Shown: positions 11,065 to 22,248 of the stretch, piece after piece
Position numbering within the stretch: the first letter of the stretch is position 1
How the letters are laid out: every line of letters begins with the position of its first letter
Assembly (NCBI RefSeq): GCF_006345805.1
Contig: NW_021835403.1
Span: forward strand, 1 to 40,623
Length of the DNA: 40,623 bases
From: Octopus sinensis
Lineage: Eukaryota
Reading direction: 5' to 3'
Notes under the pieces: model-generated
Seen by the model: only the letters and a program-made list of their open reading frames with translations
The model's database searches: none
Told to the model about the DNA's origin: nothing
Position numbers and translations under genes: made by a program

Positions 11065-11135
11065 GGTGATAGTAGTAGTAGTTGTAGTAGTAGCAGTAGT
11101 TGTAGTAGTAGCAGTAGTAGTAGTGGTGGTGGTGA

Positions 11136-11184
<49 letters not shown>

Positions 11185-11291
11185 GGTGATAGTAGTAGTA
11201 GTTGTAGTAGTAGTAGTAGTTGTAGTAGTAGCAGTAGTTGTAGTAGTAGCAGTAGTTGTAGTAGTAGCAGTAGTAGTAGTGGTGGTGGTGA

Positions 11292-11332
<41 letters not shown>

Positions 11333-11557
11333 TGGTGGTGGTAGTAGTAGTAGTAGTAGCGGCGGCAGCAGTAGTAGTAGTGGTGGAGGTCATGGTGGTA
11401 GTAGTAGTAGTAGTAGTAGTGGTAGTGGTGGCAGTACTAGTAGTGGTGGTGGTGGTGGTGGCAGTAGTAGTAGTAGTAGTGGTGGTGGTGGTGATGGTGG
11501 CGGTGGTAGTAGTAGTAGTAGTAGCGGCAGCAGCAGTAGTAGTAGTGGTGGAGGTCA

Positions 11558-11593
<36 letters not shown>

Positions 11594-11890
11594 TGGTGGC
11601 AGCAGCAGCAGTAGTAGTAGTAGATGGTGGTGGTGGTGGTGGTGGTGGTGGTGGGGTAGTAGTAGTAGTAGTGGTAGTGGTGGTAGTAGTAGTAGTGGTG
11701 GTGGTGGTGATGGTGGTGGTGGTGGTAGTAGTAGTAGTAGTAGTGGTAGTGGTGGTAGTAGTAGTAGTAGTGGTGGTGGTGGTGATGGTGGCGGTGGTAG
11801 TAGTAGTAGTAGTAGCGGCAGCAGCAGTAGTAGTAGTGGTGGTGGTGGTGGTGATGGTGGTGGTGGTGGTGGTGGCGGTGGTAGTAGTAG
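10903..11890. repeat. ~1-kb compound (AGT)/(GGT)/(GCA) trinucleotide tract with internal higher-order duplications
   Basis: Direct reading. Confidence 0.95.
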
Positions 11891-12088
11891 ATCTTGGTTC
11901 GCTCCTTGTGATTCCTCCCTCATCGATCAGATTTAGAGTTAAAGACATTTCACTCATTACTTGTACCGAGTTTTCCCTCTCAGCAAAGACCCACGAAAAC
12001 GAAAACGAAAACGGAAGGGTGTGTGTGCGTTTGAGGGAGAGATGCCGCTGGCGAATCTGATTAATTCATGAAACGGTTTCCATCTATA

Positions 12089-12321
12089 AATGTGGCAAAT
12101 TGGCCGAATCGTTAGCATGCTGGGCAAAATATTTAGCGGTATTTCGTCTGCCGCTACGTTCTGAGTTCAAATTCCGCCGAGGTCGACATTGCCTTTTATC
12201 CTTTCGGGGTTGATTAAATAAGTACCAGTTACGCACTGGGGTTGATATAATCGACTTAATCGGTTTGTCTGTCCTTGTTTGTCCCCTCTGTGTTTAGCCC
12301 CATGTGGGTAGTAAAGAAATA
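12089..12321 (+). mobile_element. SINE family B, full length with 13-bp TSD
   Basis: tRNA-like head (B-box GAGTTCAAATTCC); TSD GGTTTCCATCTAT at 12075-12087 and 12322-12334. Confidence 0.9.
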
Positions 12322-12470
12322 GGTTTCCATCTATGACCACCCCGACATGTTCACATATAATCTATCTCGGACTGCATCATTCAATATAACATGCTATGAT
12401 GACACACAAGCTGCTTTCTGAAGGAATCCATAGCGAGGGCAGCTAAAGCTAATTCCCCGTATATACCGAT

Positions 12471-12856
12471 GCTTACCAATCACATGGTCCCGAGTTCAGT
12501 CCCACTGAGTGGCACCTTGGGCAGGTGCCTTCTACTATAGCCTCGGGCCGACCAAAGCCTTGTGAGTGGATTTGGTAGACGGAAACCGAAAGAAGCCCGT
12601 CGTATATATGTATGTATATATGCATGTGTGTATATATATTTGTGTATCTGTGTTTGTCTCCCCAACATCGCTTGACAACCGATGCTGGTGTGTTTATGTC
12701 CCGTAACTTAGCGGTTCGGCAAAAGAGCCCGATAGAATAAGTACTAGGCTTACAAAGAATAAGTCCTGGGGTCGATGTGCTCGACTAAAAGGTGGTGCTC
12801 CAGCATGGCCACAGTCAAATGACTGAAACAAGTAAAGAGTAAAGAGTAAAGAGAGT
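12471..12856 (+). mobile_element. SINE family A, slightly 5'-truncated (subfamily 2)
   Basis: Alleles gcaccttggg, ctactatagcctcggg, ccaaagcc, cccaacatcgc, actaggc, ggccacag. Confidence 0.95.
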
Positions 12857-12861
12857 ATGCT

Positions 12862-13720
12862 ACAATTGGGAAATTTCGAATTTAGATGGTTTAATATGTA
12901 TAAACCAACCAAATCACGTATATCTGCGCTATCATAAAAATCCATTGGAACGGCGAATAATTCATGTGGTTATCTTTTTTTTAGTCCAAATAGACTTGTC
13001 ATTAAATAGCAGTATCTTACGTGCGTGGATAATGGAGTTGCATTTCATGCTCATCTAAGGTTACAAACGAACATACAAATTCTAATGCATTACATAACAG
13101 TGACTCAGATATCGTGAGTAAAAATCCGCAATATCAAACTGTGTGGATTTCGCTTTATTTTTATCGTCGGCGGATTTGAACCAAGATATCACCGAAACTG
13201 TGTTAGTCCACAGCAAAAAAATCTGATGATACCATAATTTTATTATTAATGTTTTTCAAATTCTTTTTAGTTCCTAGACTTAGTTCAGTCTTAGCTGCGT
13301 TAATTAGTCTGCATTTTGGTCTATTATGAAAGTCAGGTTTATGATCCTTCAGTAAAAAGAATGACTCTCTCTTGGACAAACGTTGTTCTTTTATCCATAT
13401 CAAACCTATTTGCGAGGATTTGGGCCTCCATGTTAATTGAGTTGTAAATGTTTATATAAGATTTCTTGTATTTATCCGTAATGCTATTTGTCAATATTTA
13501 TCAAGGATACCTATATCTATTTCGTATAGATTGTTAGTCTTGTGCGAAAATATAAACTTTTGTTAGAGTTTTTAAATAGACATATTTCTTTTGCTAGTTT
13601 AGATTGAAACTGGTTAGAGCAAGAAGACTTGCTGAACTTAATCGTGAAAATAAGGTTCAATACATTCGATTCGAAAGGGACAAGGTCTTTGACACTGTAA
13701 AGTCGTGGGTTCTATTCTTT
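12862..13720 (-). mobile_element. Penelope-like element RT remnant (N-terminal half of RT to motif B)
   Basis: Manual translation: KDLVPFESNVLNLIFTIKF...FQSK; LKDHKPDFHNRPKCRLINAAKTEL; WTNTVSVISWFK...QFDIADFYS; MDFYDSADIRDLVGLYILNHL. Frameshifts and stops present. Confidence 0.85.
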
Positions 13721-14105
13721 GTAAGGGGATTATATATATATATATAATTATATATAACTTACAGGACTTAGTGCTTGCTTTTTCCATGGGTATGAGTAAG
13801 TATTTCATTTATGTCTAACGTATTTATCGCTGAGGAGAGGAAAATTCTTATGAATTAACCCCGAAATTGGGACCAATACGGTAATAACGGATGTTTTAGA
13901 AATTTCTATCGGCTTGTTTCGAGACACATAAATTATAATGGTTATTGACAATTTTGTCATTTTTTTCAGCATATTTGGCATTAGAAATTTTCTTTTTGCC
14001 CTTATTTTGTAAGTTATTTATAAATTTAACCTTTAAATGTATTTTTTGATATGCTGGACATTGATAAAATATTTTTCGAAAAAAATTTTATCCTACATTA
14101 GTTGT

Positions 14106-14161
<56 letters not shown>

Positions 14162-14168
14162 AACATAT

Positions 14169-14348
14169 AAAGTTAATCCAAACCTGAAACATAAAGAGAA
14201 AACCAACAATGCTAGGACGTGGAACAAGTATAGGAAAGAAAGAAGGAGGATTTAACGTTTCGAGCAGAGCTCTTCGTCAGAAACATAGGAAAGGAAAGAT
14301 CCAAGGAAGGAAGACAGAGGGAAAAATCGCCAACGATAAACACGCGGT

Positions 14349-14350
<2 letters not shown>
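14169..14350 (-). mobile_element. Family F (HHR-bearing), copy 2
   Basis: aaagttaatcc...cacgcggtca; left member of an inverted pair. Confidence 0.8.
14250..14284 (-). ncRNA. Minimal type-I hammerhead ribozyme, family F
   Basis: GUUU-CUGACGA-A-GAGC(ucu)GCUC-GAA-ACGU-U-AAAU. Confidence 0.75.
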
Positions 14351-14388
<38 letters not shown>

Positions 14389-14437
14389 TATATACTATAT
14401 AATATATATATTTATAATATATATATTTCAGTTCAAT

Positions 14438-14635
14438 ATGTGGCGGCGTGTGTATCGTTGGCAATTTTCTTTCTCCGTCCTCCCTTCCTTGGACCTTTCC
14501 TTTTTCTATGTTTCTGACGAAGAGCTCCGCTCGAAATGTTAAATCCTCCTTCTTTCCTTTCCTGAGCGTCCAATAACACTATACTTGTTCCACGTCCTCG
14601 CATTGTGTTTTCTCTTTGTTCATGCTTGGAGTAAC
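14438..14635 (+). mobile_element. Family F (HHR-bearing), copy 3
   Basis: Inverted relative to copy 2, separated from it by about 87 bp of (TA)-rich sequence. Confidence 0.8.
14510..14544 (+). ncRNA. Minimal type-I hammerhead ribozyme, family F (helix III AUGU)
   Basis: GUUU-CUGACGA-A-GAGC(ucc)GCUC-GAA-AUGU-U-AAAU. Confidence 0.7.
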
Positions 14636-14854
14636 TATATATGTATATATATATCCGTAAATATAAGAGAGTTAACGTTAAATAGGTTAACTCTAGTTAT
14701 ATTTACGGATAACTCTCTTATATTTACGGATAAATACGTATTGTCTCCCTGGTTTATTGTGCTAGGTCGCTTGGTGTTAAAATAAGGGTATTATTAAATT
14801 AATATCTAATTTTTCACCCTCATTCTTGTATATATATATATATATATATATACG

Positions 14855-15030
14855 CACAAACAAAGGGTTTCCATACACTTTCCATCTAAGTTCACTCAGA
14901 AAGTGCTGGTTGAGCCGGGGGAGGGGAATAGTAGAGGAAACTTCCCCAAGGCGGTTCAGGGTTAAGTGGGACTTAACTCTCAACCATGTGGTTGGGAAAC
15001 AAACTTCATAACCACTACGCCATGCCTGTT
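14855..15030 (-). mobile_element. Old SINE-A-related 5' half
   Basis: gtgggact..aaccatgtggttggg...accac..gccatgcc pattern, heavily diverged. Confidence 0.6.
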
Positions 15031-15049
15031 CTAAGATATATATTTGCAA

Positions 15050-15620
15050 ATTTGGAATTGCCTGAGTATGTAGCGATAGGAATTATGAGGAGTGTTTATG
15101 ACAACTGCAACAAACTTTGTCTTATACACATATCTAGGTGGTCTTCTACGCCATTTTAAATAATTGTGTTTAGTTATGTAGGTGGTCTATGAGTGTAATT
15201 TGTGATAATGCGAAGTACACTGCTTTATGCTGTTTGTAGTTTGTTCTGAAGACCTGGCGAAGCTGAAATACTCCACAATAGATCGAATACATTGTTTATA
15301 TACTTAATATTGCTTGTTTGTGTTAGCTAAATGTGGGGGTGATTGCTTCTGTTCTCATTAATCGGTTTAGTTTCTTGAAAACGTCTTTTAAGTTTTCAGT
15401 AGATGTAAGGAGGTGTGTTACGAGAATCCAAGCCTGTTTGTTTTCTGCATGTGTGTGGTATGTTTATTTGTTTAGAGTAATAGTGGTTGTATTTGATGTT
15501 CTTTTTCTGTTACTGACAAGAAGGGACATTGTGAACTCGGTAGGTGCTACTTATAGTTTAATTGCTCGGAACCAGGTTTCTGGATGATTGGAACAGTCTG
15601 GAAAAGCATTGCAGCTGAGT
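15050..15620 (-). mobile_element. Degraded non-LTR retrotransposon RT C-terminal fragment (I/Jockey-like)
   Basis: Manual translation: WFRAIKL*VAPT; YKQCIRSIVEY (15268-15300); NKLQTA*SSVLRIIT; LIDHLH; EDHLDM. Confidence 0.6.
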
Positions 15621-15789
15621 TTCAGGAATGGTAAAATACGCGGTTGTAATGACATCTACTAATATTTCGTATTATGGAAATAACGTATAGAGACATTATG
15701 ATGTCTAGTAGCAATAATGGTAGAGACATGTGTTTAGAATATAACAATTAGACTTTATAGTAAATCATTAAAAAGAATTAAAATTAAAT

Positions 15790-15998
15790 GGCTCTTAATT
15801 TAGAGAGAAGGCTAAGAATTTTGAAGGGAGGTGGTTAATCGATACCAACTGCCCTAGTTCTTGACTGGTACTTTATTTTATAAATGATGAAATGATGAGT
15901 GGCTAAAGTTACCTCAGCAGGATATGAACTTAGAACGTGATGAGCCAGAAAAATATAAAGTACATTTTCTCTGATACTGTAACGATTCTGCCAGCTCG
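15790..15998 (-). mobile_element. SINE family B, old copy
   Basis: Reverse complement: cgagctggcagaatcgtta...acgttctaagttcatatcc...aaataaagtaccag. Confidence 0.75.
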
Positions 15999-16014
15999 GG
16001 TTTTTTTTCTTTTT

Positions 16015-16340
16015 AAATTTTTAGTTTCTGATTAAGGCAAGTCTTTTCTACTATAATCCACCAATCTCTGCTTTGAGCCCACGCTTCTAACCAAATCAGA
16101 GGACTTTTTTCTTTATCGATTTCCATTCTGTTCTCCAAGTATTGGCTATGCAAAGGCTTTCTTGATATCGACTTATCAGAGCGTTCCGTAGCCACAATTT
16201 TAGCTTACAACATTAGCTTCTTCAAGATTTCTCTTGATTTTCCATTTGCTTCATAGCGTTCTGTTATTACAGGTCTTCTTTTGTAGTTTTTGGCTACTTT
16301 GAAATTAGAAAATAGTTTCACTTGTTTTGTTCGTATTCGT
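16015..16340 (-). mobile_element. R4/Dong-like retrotransposon fragment (post-RT region)
   Basis: KPLHSQYLENRMEIDKEKS..WL...GLKAE resembles the KPLHGQ...DKEKS..WL..GLKAETEG region of R4-clade proteins; frameshifted. Confidence 0.55.
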
Positions 16341-16370
16341 TTTTAGCCCACACTAGGTATTATGTAATCT

Positions 16371-16758
16371 GTGGAGGCGCAATGGCCCAGTTGTTAGGGC
16401 AGCGGACTCGCGATCATAGGATCGCGGTTTCGATTCCCAGACCGGGCGTTGTGAGTGTTTATTGAGCGAAAACACCTAAAAGCTCCACGAGGCTCCGGCA
16501 AGGGATGGTGGTGATCCCTGCTGTACTCTTTCACCACAACTTTCTCTCACTCTTACCTCCTGTTTCCGTTATACCTGTATTTCAAAGGGCCGGCCTTGTC
16601 ACTCTCTGTGTCACGCTGAATATCCCCGAGAACTACGTTAAGGGTGCACGTTATCTGTGGAGTGCTCAGCCACTTACACGTTAATTTCACGAGCAGGCTG
16701 TTCCGTTGATTCGGATCAACCGGAACCCTCGTCGTCGTAACCGACGGAGTGCTTCCCC
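16371..16758 (+). mobile_element. SINE family C, full length with 12-bp TSD
   Basis: A-box TGGCCCAGTTG, B-box GTTTCGATTCCC; TSD ATTATGTAATCT at 16359-16370 and 16759-16770. Confidence 0.92.
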
Positions 16759-16845
16759 ATTATGTAATCTAAATGCATTTATTATTTTCCTTGCGGCCCT
16801 GCTGGGATAATCACCTTGTCGGTTTTGGTCGATTAAATTAACTAC

Positions 16846-17055
16846 ACTCGTTTACACTTTTACTTGTTTCAGTCATTTGACTGTGGCCATGATGGAGCAC
16901 CGCCTTTAGTCGAGCAAATCGACCCCAGGATTTATTCTTTGTAAGTCTAGTACTTATTCTATTGGTCGTTTTTGCCGAACGTAAACACATCCAGCATCGG
17001 TTGTCAAGCAATGTTGGGGGGGGGGACAAACACACACACAAACACATACACACAC

Positions 17056-17129
<74 letters not shown>

Positions 17130-17309
17130 ATATATACATATACATATATACGACGGGCTTCTTTCAGATTCCGTCTACCAAATCGATTCGCAAGGCTTTG
17201 GTCAGCCTGAGGCTATAGTAGAAGACACGTGCCCAAGGTGCCACGCAGTGGGACTGACCCCGGAACCATCTGGTTCGGAAGCAAGCTACTTACCACACAG
17301 CCACTCCTA
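16846..17309 (-). mobile_element. SINE family A, full length with expanded internal (TA)n (subfamily 2)
   Basis: Head, microsatellite and tail all present. Confidence 0.93.
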
Positions 17310-17425
17310 CCCCCCCCCCAAACTTACAAACAAACACACGAACATATTCGCCTATATAAATACACACAGATACATATACAGATACAGAATCGTGTGTTGG
17401 GTACATATGTGCGTAGGTGTGTATG

Positions 17426-17975
17426 CAGGGCTATTGAAAAAGAAAGAGCAGATTTTAAATTTATTTTAAAAACAAACGGTATAAGAGACACAAACACATT
17501 CTACATATTTCTTGATAGGGGAAAGTTTAAAGTTTATTTTAAGGTCGTATGCACTCAACATGAGCATCATGAGCACCGGTGCTTTTGCTTTTACAAATGC
17601 AACCTTTTTCTAAGTAATTTTTATGCCATTCGTAAATTTGCTTGTGACGAGGTGGATTTTTATTGAATTGGCGTCAAAATTCACGTTGCACTTTGCACAA
17701 TCGATTCACATTTCTCAAACTGCAGCACATGAAAAGACTTTTCTTGTGGCGTCGCCATTTTCTAAGGGATTACACAAAAGAAAATTATGCTTTAAATAAA
17801 ATGAACAAAATAAAACATTAAAACAAAATTAAATTATTATTTTATTTAAGACTTAATTCAATTGATCGTGTTCAGCTATAAACCTTAAAACCTCCCTTAT
17901 TAAGAAATATGTAGAATGTGTTTGTCTGTTTTAAAAGTAAATTTGAAACCTGTTCTTTCTTTTTGAATAACTCTT
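17426..17975 (-). mobile_element. Internally deleted Tc1/mariner element with ~100-bp imperfect TIRs
   Basis: Left CAGGGCTATTGAAAAAGAAAG...ACAAACACATTCTACATATTTCTT is inverted at about 17880-17975; transposase N-terminus MATPQEKSFHVLQFEKCES/VQREF*RQFNKNPP...WHKNYLEKGCICKSKSTG at 17575-17758. Confidence 0.85.
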
Positions 17976-18021
<46 letters not shown>

Positions 18022-18332
18022 TGTATGTATGAATGAATGTATGTGTCCATGTATGTATGTTCATATATACACATTTGTGTATGTGTATATATATTTGTAT
18101 ATATATTTGAGTGTGTATATATATATATATATATATGTATTTATGAATGTATGTGTGCATGTATGTATGTATGTTCATATACATACACATTTGTGTATGT
18201 GTATATATATTCGTATATATATTTGTGTATACATATATATACACACAACTTTATATACATATATATATATACACATACACAAATGTGTATGTATATGAAC
18301 ATACATACATACATGTACACGTACATTCATAT

Positions 18333-18388
<56 letters not shown>

Positions 18389-18395
18389 CACACAT
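17976..18395. repeat. Microsatellite-derived block with a 110-bp tandem and a 65-bp inverted duplication
   Basis: Units start at 18033 and 18143; inverted copy at 18266-18330. Confidence 0.85.
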
Positions 18396-18840
18396 ATTTA
18401 GACAAACGACTAAGTGCTCTTAGATACCTTTTAAATAGACACAATGTAATGGCCGATGGATTCTAGCGTTTAGGTCAATAGTACTCATTGATGCAGAAAA
18501 CATCCCAAAACACCCAGTAGGACATCCCATCACTCTCCCTTTCTTCCATCGGCACATACGTATACAAATATAAACCTACCCACCCATTTACTGGGTGGGT
18601 AGGTTTATACGTGTGAAACGTTGTGTTCATCACCGACCGATCCTCTCTTGTTACTTCTCAGTCAAGTTCAACTGAGGGGGTTACGTTTAACCGAAGTAAT
18701 ATCAGTACAAGCCATAACACAGCCGTATATTTTATGCTTGAATATAAGTAGTTAATAGGTAGTGGCACAGAGCCCACGGACATATATTTATATGTGGGTA
18801 TGCATACATATATTTATGTGCATATATACTTATATGTATA

Positions 18841-19217
18841 TGGCTGTGTGGTAAGTTTCTTGCTTACCAATCATATGGTTGCGGGTTCAGTCCCACTAAG
18901 TGGAACCTTGGGCAAATGTTTTCTACTATAGCCTCGGGCCGACCAAAGCCTTGTGAGTGGATTTCGTAGACGGAAACTGAAAGATGCCCGTCGTATATAT
19001 GTATATATATATATATGTGTATGTGTGTGTTTGTATGTCTGTGTTTGTCCCCCCAGCATCGCTTGACAACCGATGCTGTTGTGTTTATGGTTTGGCAAAA
19101 GAGACCGATAGAATATGTACTAGGCTTACAAAGAATAAGCCCTGGGGTCGATTTGCTCGACTAAAGGCGGTGCTCCAGCATGGTCACACACAAATGACTG
19201 AAACAAGTAAAAGAGTA
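18841..19217 (+). mobile_element. SINE family A (subfamily 2), small internal deletion
   Basis: Head, microsatellite and tail. Confidence 0.92.
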
Positions 19218-19764
19218 CGTACCTATGTATGTATGTATGTACGTATGTATGTATGTATGTATGTATGTGTGCGTGTATGTATGTATTCACATGCATGTAG
19301 TAGCATATCTAGACATGCTCGTATGTATGAATGCATGTATGGATGGATATGTGTGTGTATGTATGTGTGTGAGTGTGTGTGTGTGTGCGCGCGTGCGCAT
19401 ACGTATGGGGATGTGTCTAGCCGAATAAATCGACTTCAGTATGAATCTTTAAATCCGGTACATATTTTGTATCCCTTTTTTTTTTACCAAACCGATGAGT
19501 TACGGGGATGGAATAAAGACAGCAGGGTTGTCTTTTAGAGGGACGCACAAATACAAATACAAATATAAGGATTCACAAACATACACATACACACTCACGT
19601 ACATACACGCGCACACACATATATACACACACATGCAACATGCACACATAACATTTAATGCACACAGTGCAGAGATATTACGTGTATGAGCCCAAGTACA
19701 TGTGTATAAATACCTATGTCTTACTGTATATGTTTGGGGTCTTACGTATATGGTCCACTGTTCC

Positions 19765-19989
19765 TTGCAGAATCGTTCGCACGCCAACCAAAATGCCGAT
19801 TTTCAGATAGAACAGGTCATCTTCAGGTTTTACTTTCTGAGTTCAAATGCTGCCTAGGTAGACTGTACTTTTCATCCTTCGGGGTCAATATACTAAATAC
19901 CAGATAAGCCTTGTAGTCTATATAACTGACTATCCTTATCCCCTAAAATTTCAGGTCTTGTACACATCATAGAAAATATTATAATTATT
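19765..19989 (+). mobile_element. SINE family B, degenerate (array member 1)
   Basis: gcagaatcgttcgcacgcc...ctgagttcaaatgc...tttcatccttcggggtc. Confidence 0.7.
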
Positions 19990-20195
19990 AAGACGACCAG
20001 ATGGCAGAATCCATACCACGCCGAACAAAATGTTTGGTGACATTTTGTCCGACTGTACTTTATCAGTTCAAATTCCGTGGAATTCGACAATGATCGATGG
20101 AATAAATACCAGTTGAACTCCGGAGTTGATGTAGCCGACTTTCCCCATTCTCTAAAAAAAGACTGCTGGGATTATGCCTAATACTGAAATCATTA
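19990..20195 (+). mobile_element. SINE family B, degenerate (array member 2)
   Basis: aagacgaccagatggcagaatc...agttcaaattcc...aaataccagttg. Confidence 0.65.
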
Positions 20196-20312
20196 TCATC
20201 ATCATTATCCTCATGTACTATCATCATCATCATCACCACCACCACCACCACCACCATTATTATTATTATTGTTGTTGTTGTTGTTTTTGCTGTTGCTGAT
20301 ATTGTTGTTATC

Positions 20313-20520
20313 AAGGCGGTGAGCTGGCAGAATCGTTAGCATACCGGGCGAAATGCTTCGCGTATTTCGTCTATGTTCACGTTCTGATTTCAAATTCCGC
20401 CGAGGTCGTCTTTACTTTTCATCCTTTAAGGTTCGATAAAATAAGTACCAGTTCTGTACTAAGGTCACTAATCGACTAACACACTCACAAAAATTACGGA
20501 CCTTATAGTAGAAAGGATTA
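20313..20520 (+). mobile_element. SINE family B (array member 3)
   Basis: aaggcggtgagctggcagaatcgttagc...ttcaaattccgccgaggtcg...ataagtaccag, followed by an (ATT)n tail. Confidence 0.88.
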
Positions 20521-20538
20521 TTAATATTATTATTATCA

Positions 20539-20622
<84 letters not shown>

Positions 20623-20624
20623 TT

Positions 20625-20990
20625 TCGTGATGAAAACTCACAGTTTATGTTGCTTGGTATGATGGAAAGTGTCAGCTGTCCACAGCCAGCAGACTAAGGT
20701 GACACTTGTTTACTAGTTATACTTCAAGAATTCTTGCAGTTCTAAGCAATGCTGATTTCTGTAGGTGTTCTACCTTCATATTTGTATCAATCTGTTTCAG
20801 CCACGCTGGTAGTTGAGTGCTGATACTTCCAAGTGACCCAATTACTATTGGTATCACGTCTACTCTCCTCATTGACCACAACCTTCGTATTTCCCCACTT
20901 CAAATCGTCATAGCTGTTTATTTATTCTACTTCTTTCACGTGGATCCTGTTATCACCGGAGCAAGCTATGTCGATTATCATGCATTTTCT
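20625..20990 (-). mobile_element. R4/Dong-clade retrotransposon 3' end (restriction-like endonuclease C-terminus)
   Basis: KCMIIDIACSGDNRIHVKEVE*INSYDDLKW/EIRRLWSMRRVDVIPIVIGSLG...LQKSALLRTARILEV* (stop at 20717-20719); the 3' UTR runs into (CTA)n(AAT)n. Confidence 0.85.
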
Positions 20991-21664
20991 TTCTTTCTTT
21001 CTTTCTTTCTTTATTATTATTATCATTATTTCATTCGGTGTAATAGCTTTCGAAAATTGTTTTCTCACCAATTCGACAAATTGGGCGAATCTTCAAGCGG
21101 TGGTGTTTGTTTCTGTTCTGCTCGTCTCTCGGATCAATGCACTCAGTGAACACAGCATATTATATCGACTACGGAACCATGAAATCTTGCTCCTCACCTT
21201 CTCTCTGTATACACACGCGCACACACACACACACACACCGATAACTCTTAATTCAGCACGTGTGTTTAACTTACAAATTGCCTTTTTTGTTCTAATGCGC
21301 GTATTTTCCTTATTTTTTTTTTATTATTCTTTCTTCTTTTCCTTTGTCCTTTGAAAAACAACTACAAGTGCATGAAAACAATGTGATGGTTTCCTCCTTC
21401 AGGTTGCTAGAGTGAAAAAAATCACCCGTCCAGAAGAATCAGCCCAATTTTCCATGTGGGAAATAGTTTCAACTAAATTTCAGTCCTTAGCAATTTGCAA
21501 AAGCTTTTCAATGATATCTGACGCTTCCCCGTAATATTTATTTATTGGTTTATAAGATCACCCGTGAATACTTTGACTTGAGTCTTTTTCTTTTGGTGAT
21601 TGATAAAAACGCAAGCTCAGCTATATCTAACTGTTTTTGTTGAACTATACACACGCACGCACAC

Positions 21665-21681
21665 GTATGTATGCATGTATG

Positions 21682-21715
<34 letters not shown>

Positions 21716-21815
21716 TGTATGTATGTATGTATGCATGTATGTATGTATATATGCATGCATGTATGCATGTATGTATGTATGTATGTATGTATGTATGTAT
21801 GTATGTATGTATGTA
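21665..21815. repeat. (ATGT)n microsatellite
   Basis: Direct reading. Confidence 0.95.
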
Positions 21816-22196
21816 TATATAAAGGATATGAGGAGATCCGTCTGGATGACTCAAACTAATAAGTATGCGTTCTGAGTGCTCAAAGAGGTGTGCCACCAAA
21901 ATTGCAATTTGAGCAACATTTGAAGTCGAGGTTATGTGAATGTTTTGTTCAAAACGGATTAAGATAGCTTCCTTTTGAGTCAGTAGGAGGAGTAGGTTAA
22001 AGTAGTGAAGAAACTAAATGTTCTTGTCATATCTTGCCTTATCGTTTGCCTTTCCTCACTGCTTTATGTGTGTGTGTGTATGTGTGTGCGCGTGTATGCA
22101 TATATATACATATATGTATCTATCTCCATCTGCCTATTTATAACTATCTCTTTCTACCTCCCTCTGCCCTCTCTTTCTCCCCTTTCTATCTCTCTC

Positions 22197-22238
<42 letters not shown>

Positions 22239-22248
22239 ATATAATCGC

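Noticed and set aside
10806-12060. 383-aa and 389-aa ORFs (poly-Thr/Pro/Leu and poly-Ser/Val)
   Set aside because: ACT/ACC repeats have no stops in any minus-strand frame; the register shifts near 11331; no non-repetitive domain or splice support.
21402-21535. Strong acceptor (tttcctccttcag) followed by a 43-codon open frame
   Set aside because: No recognisable protein similarity or convincing donor; cannot be supported without RNA data.
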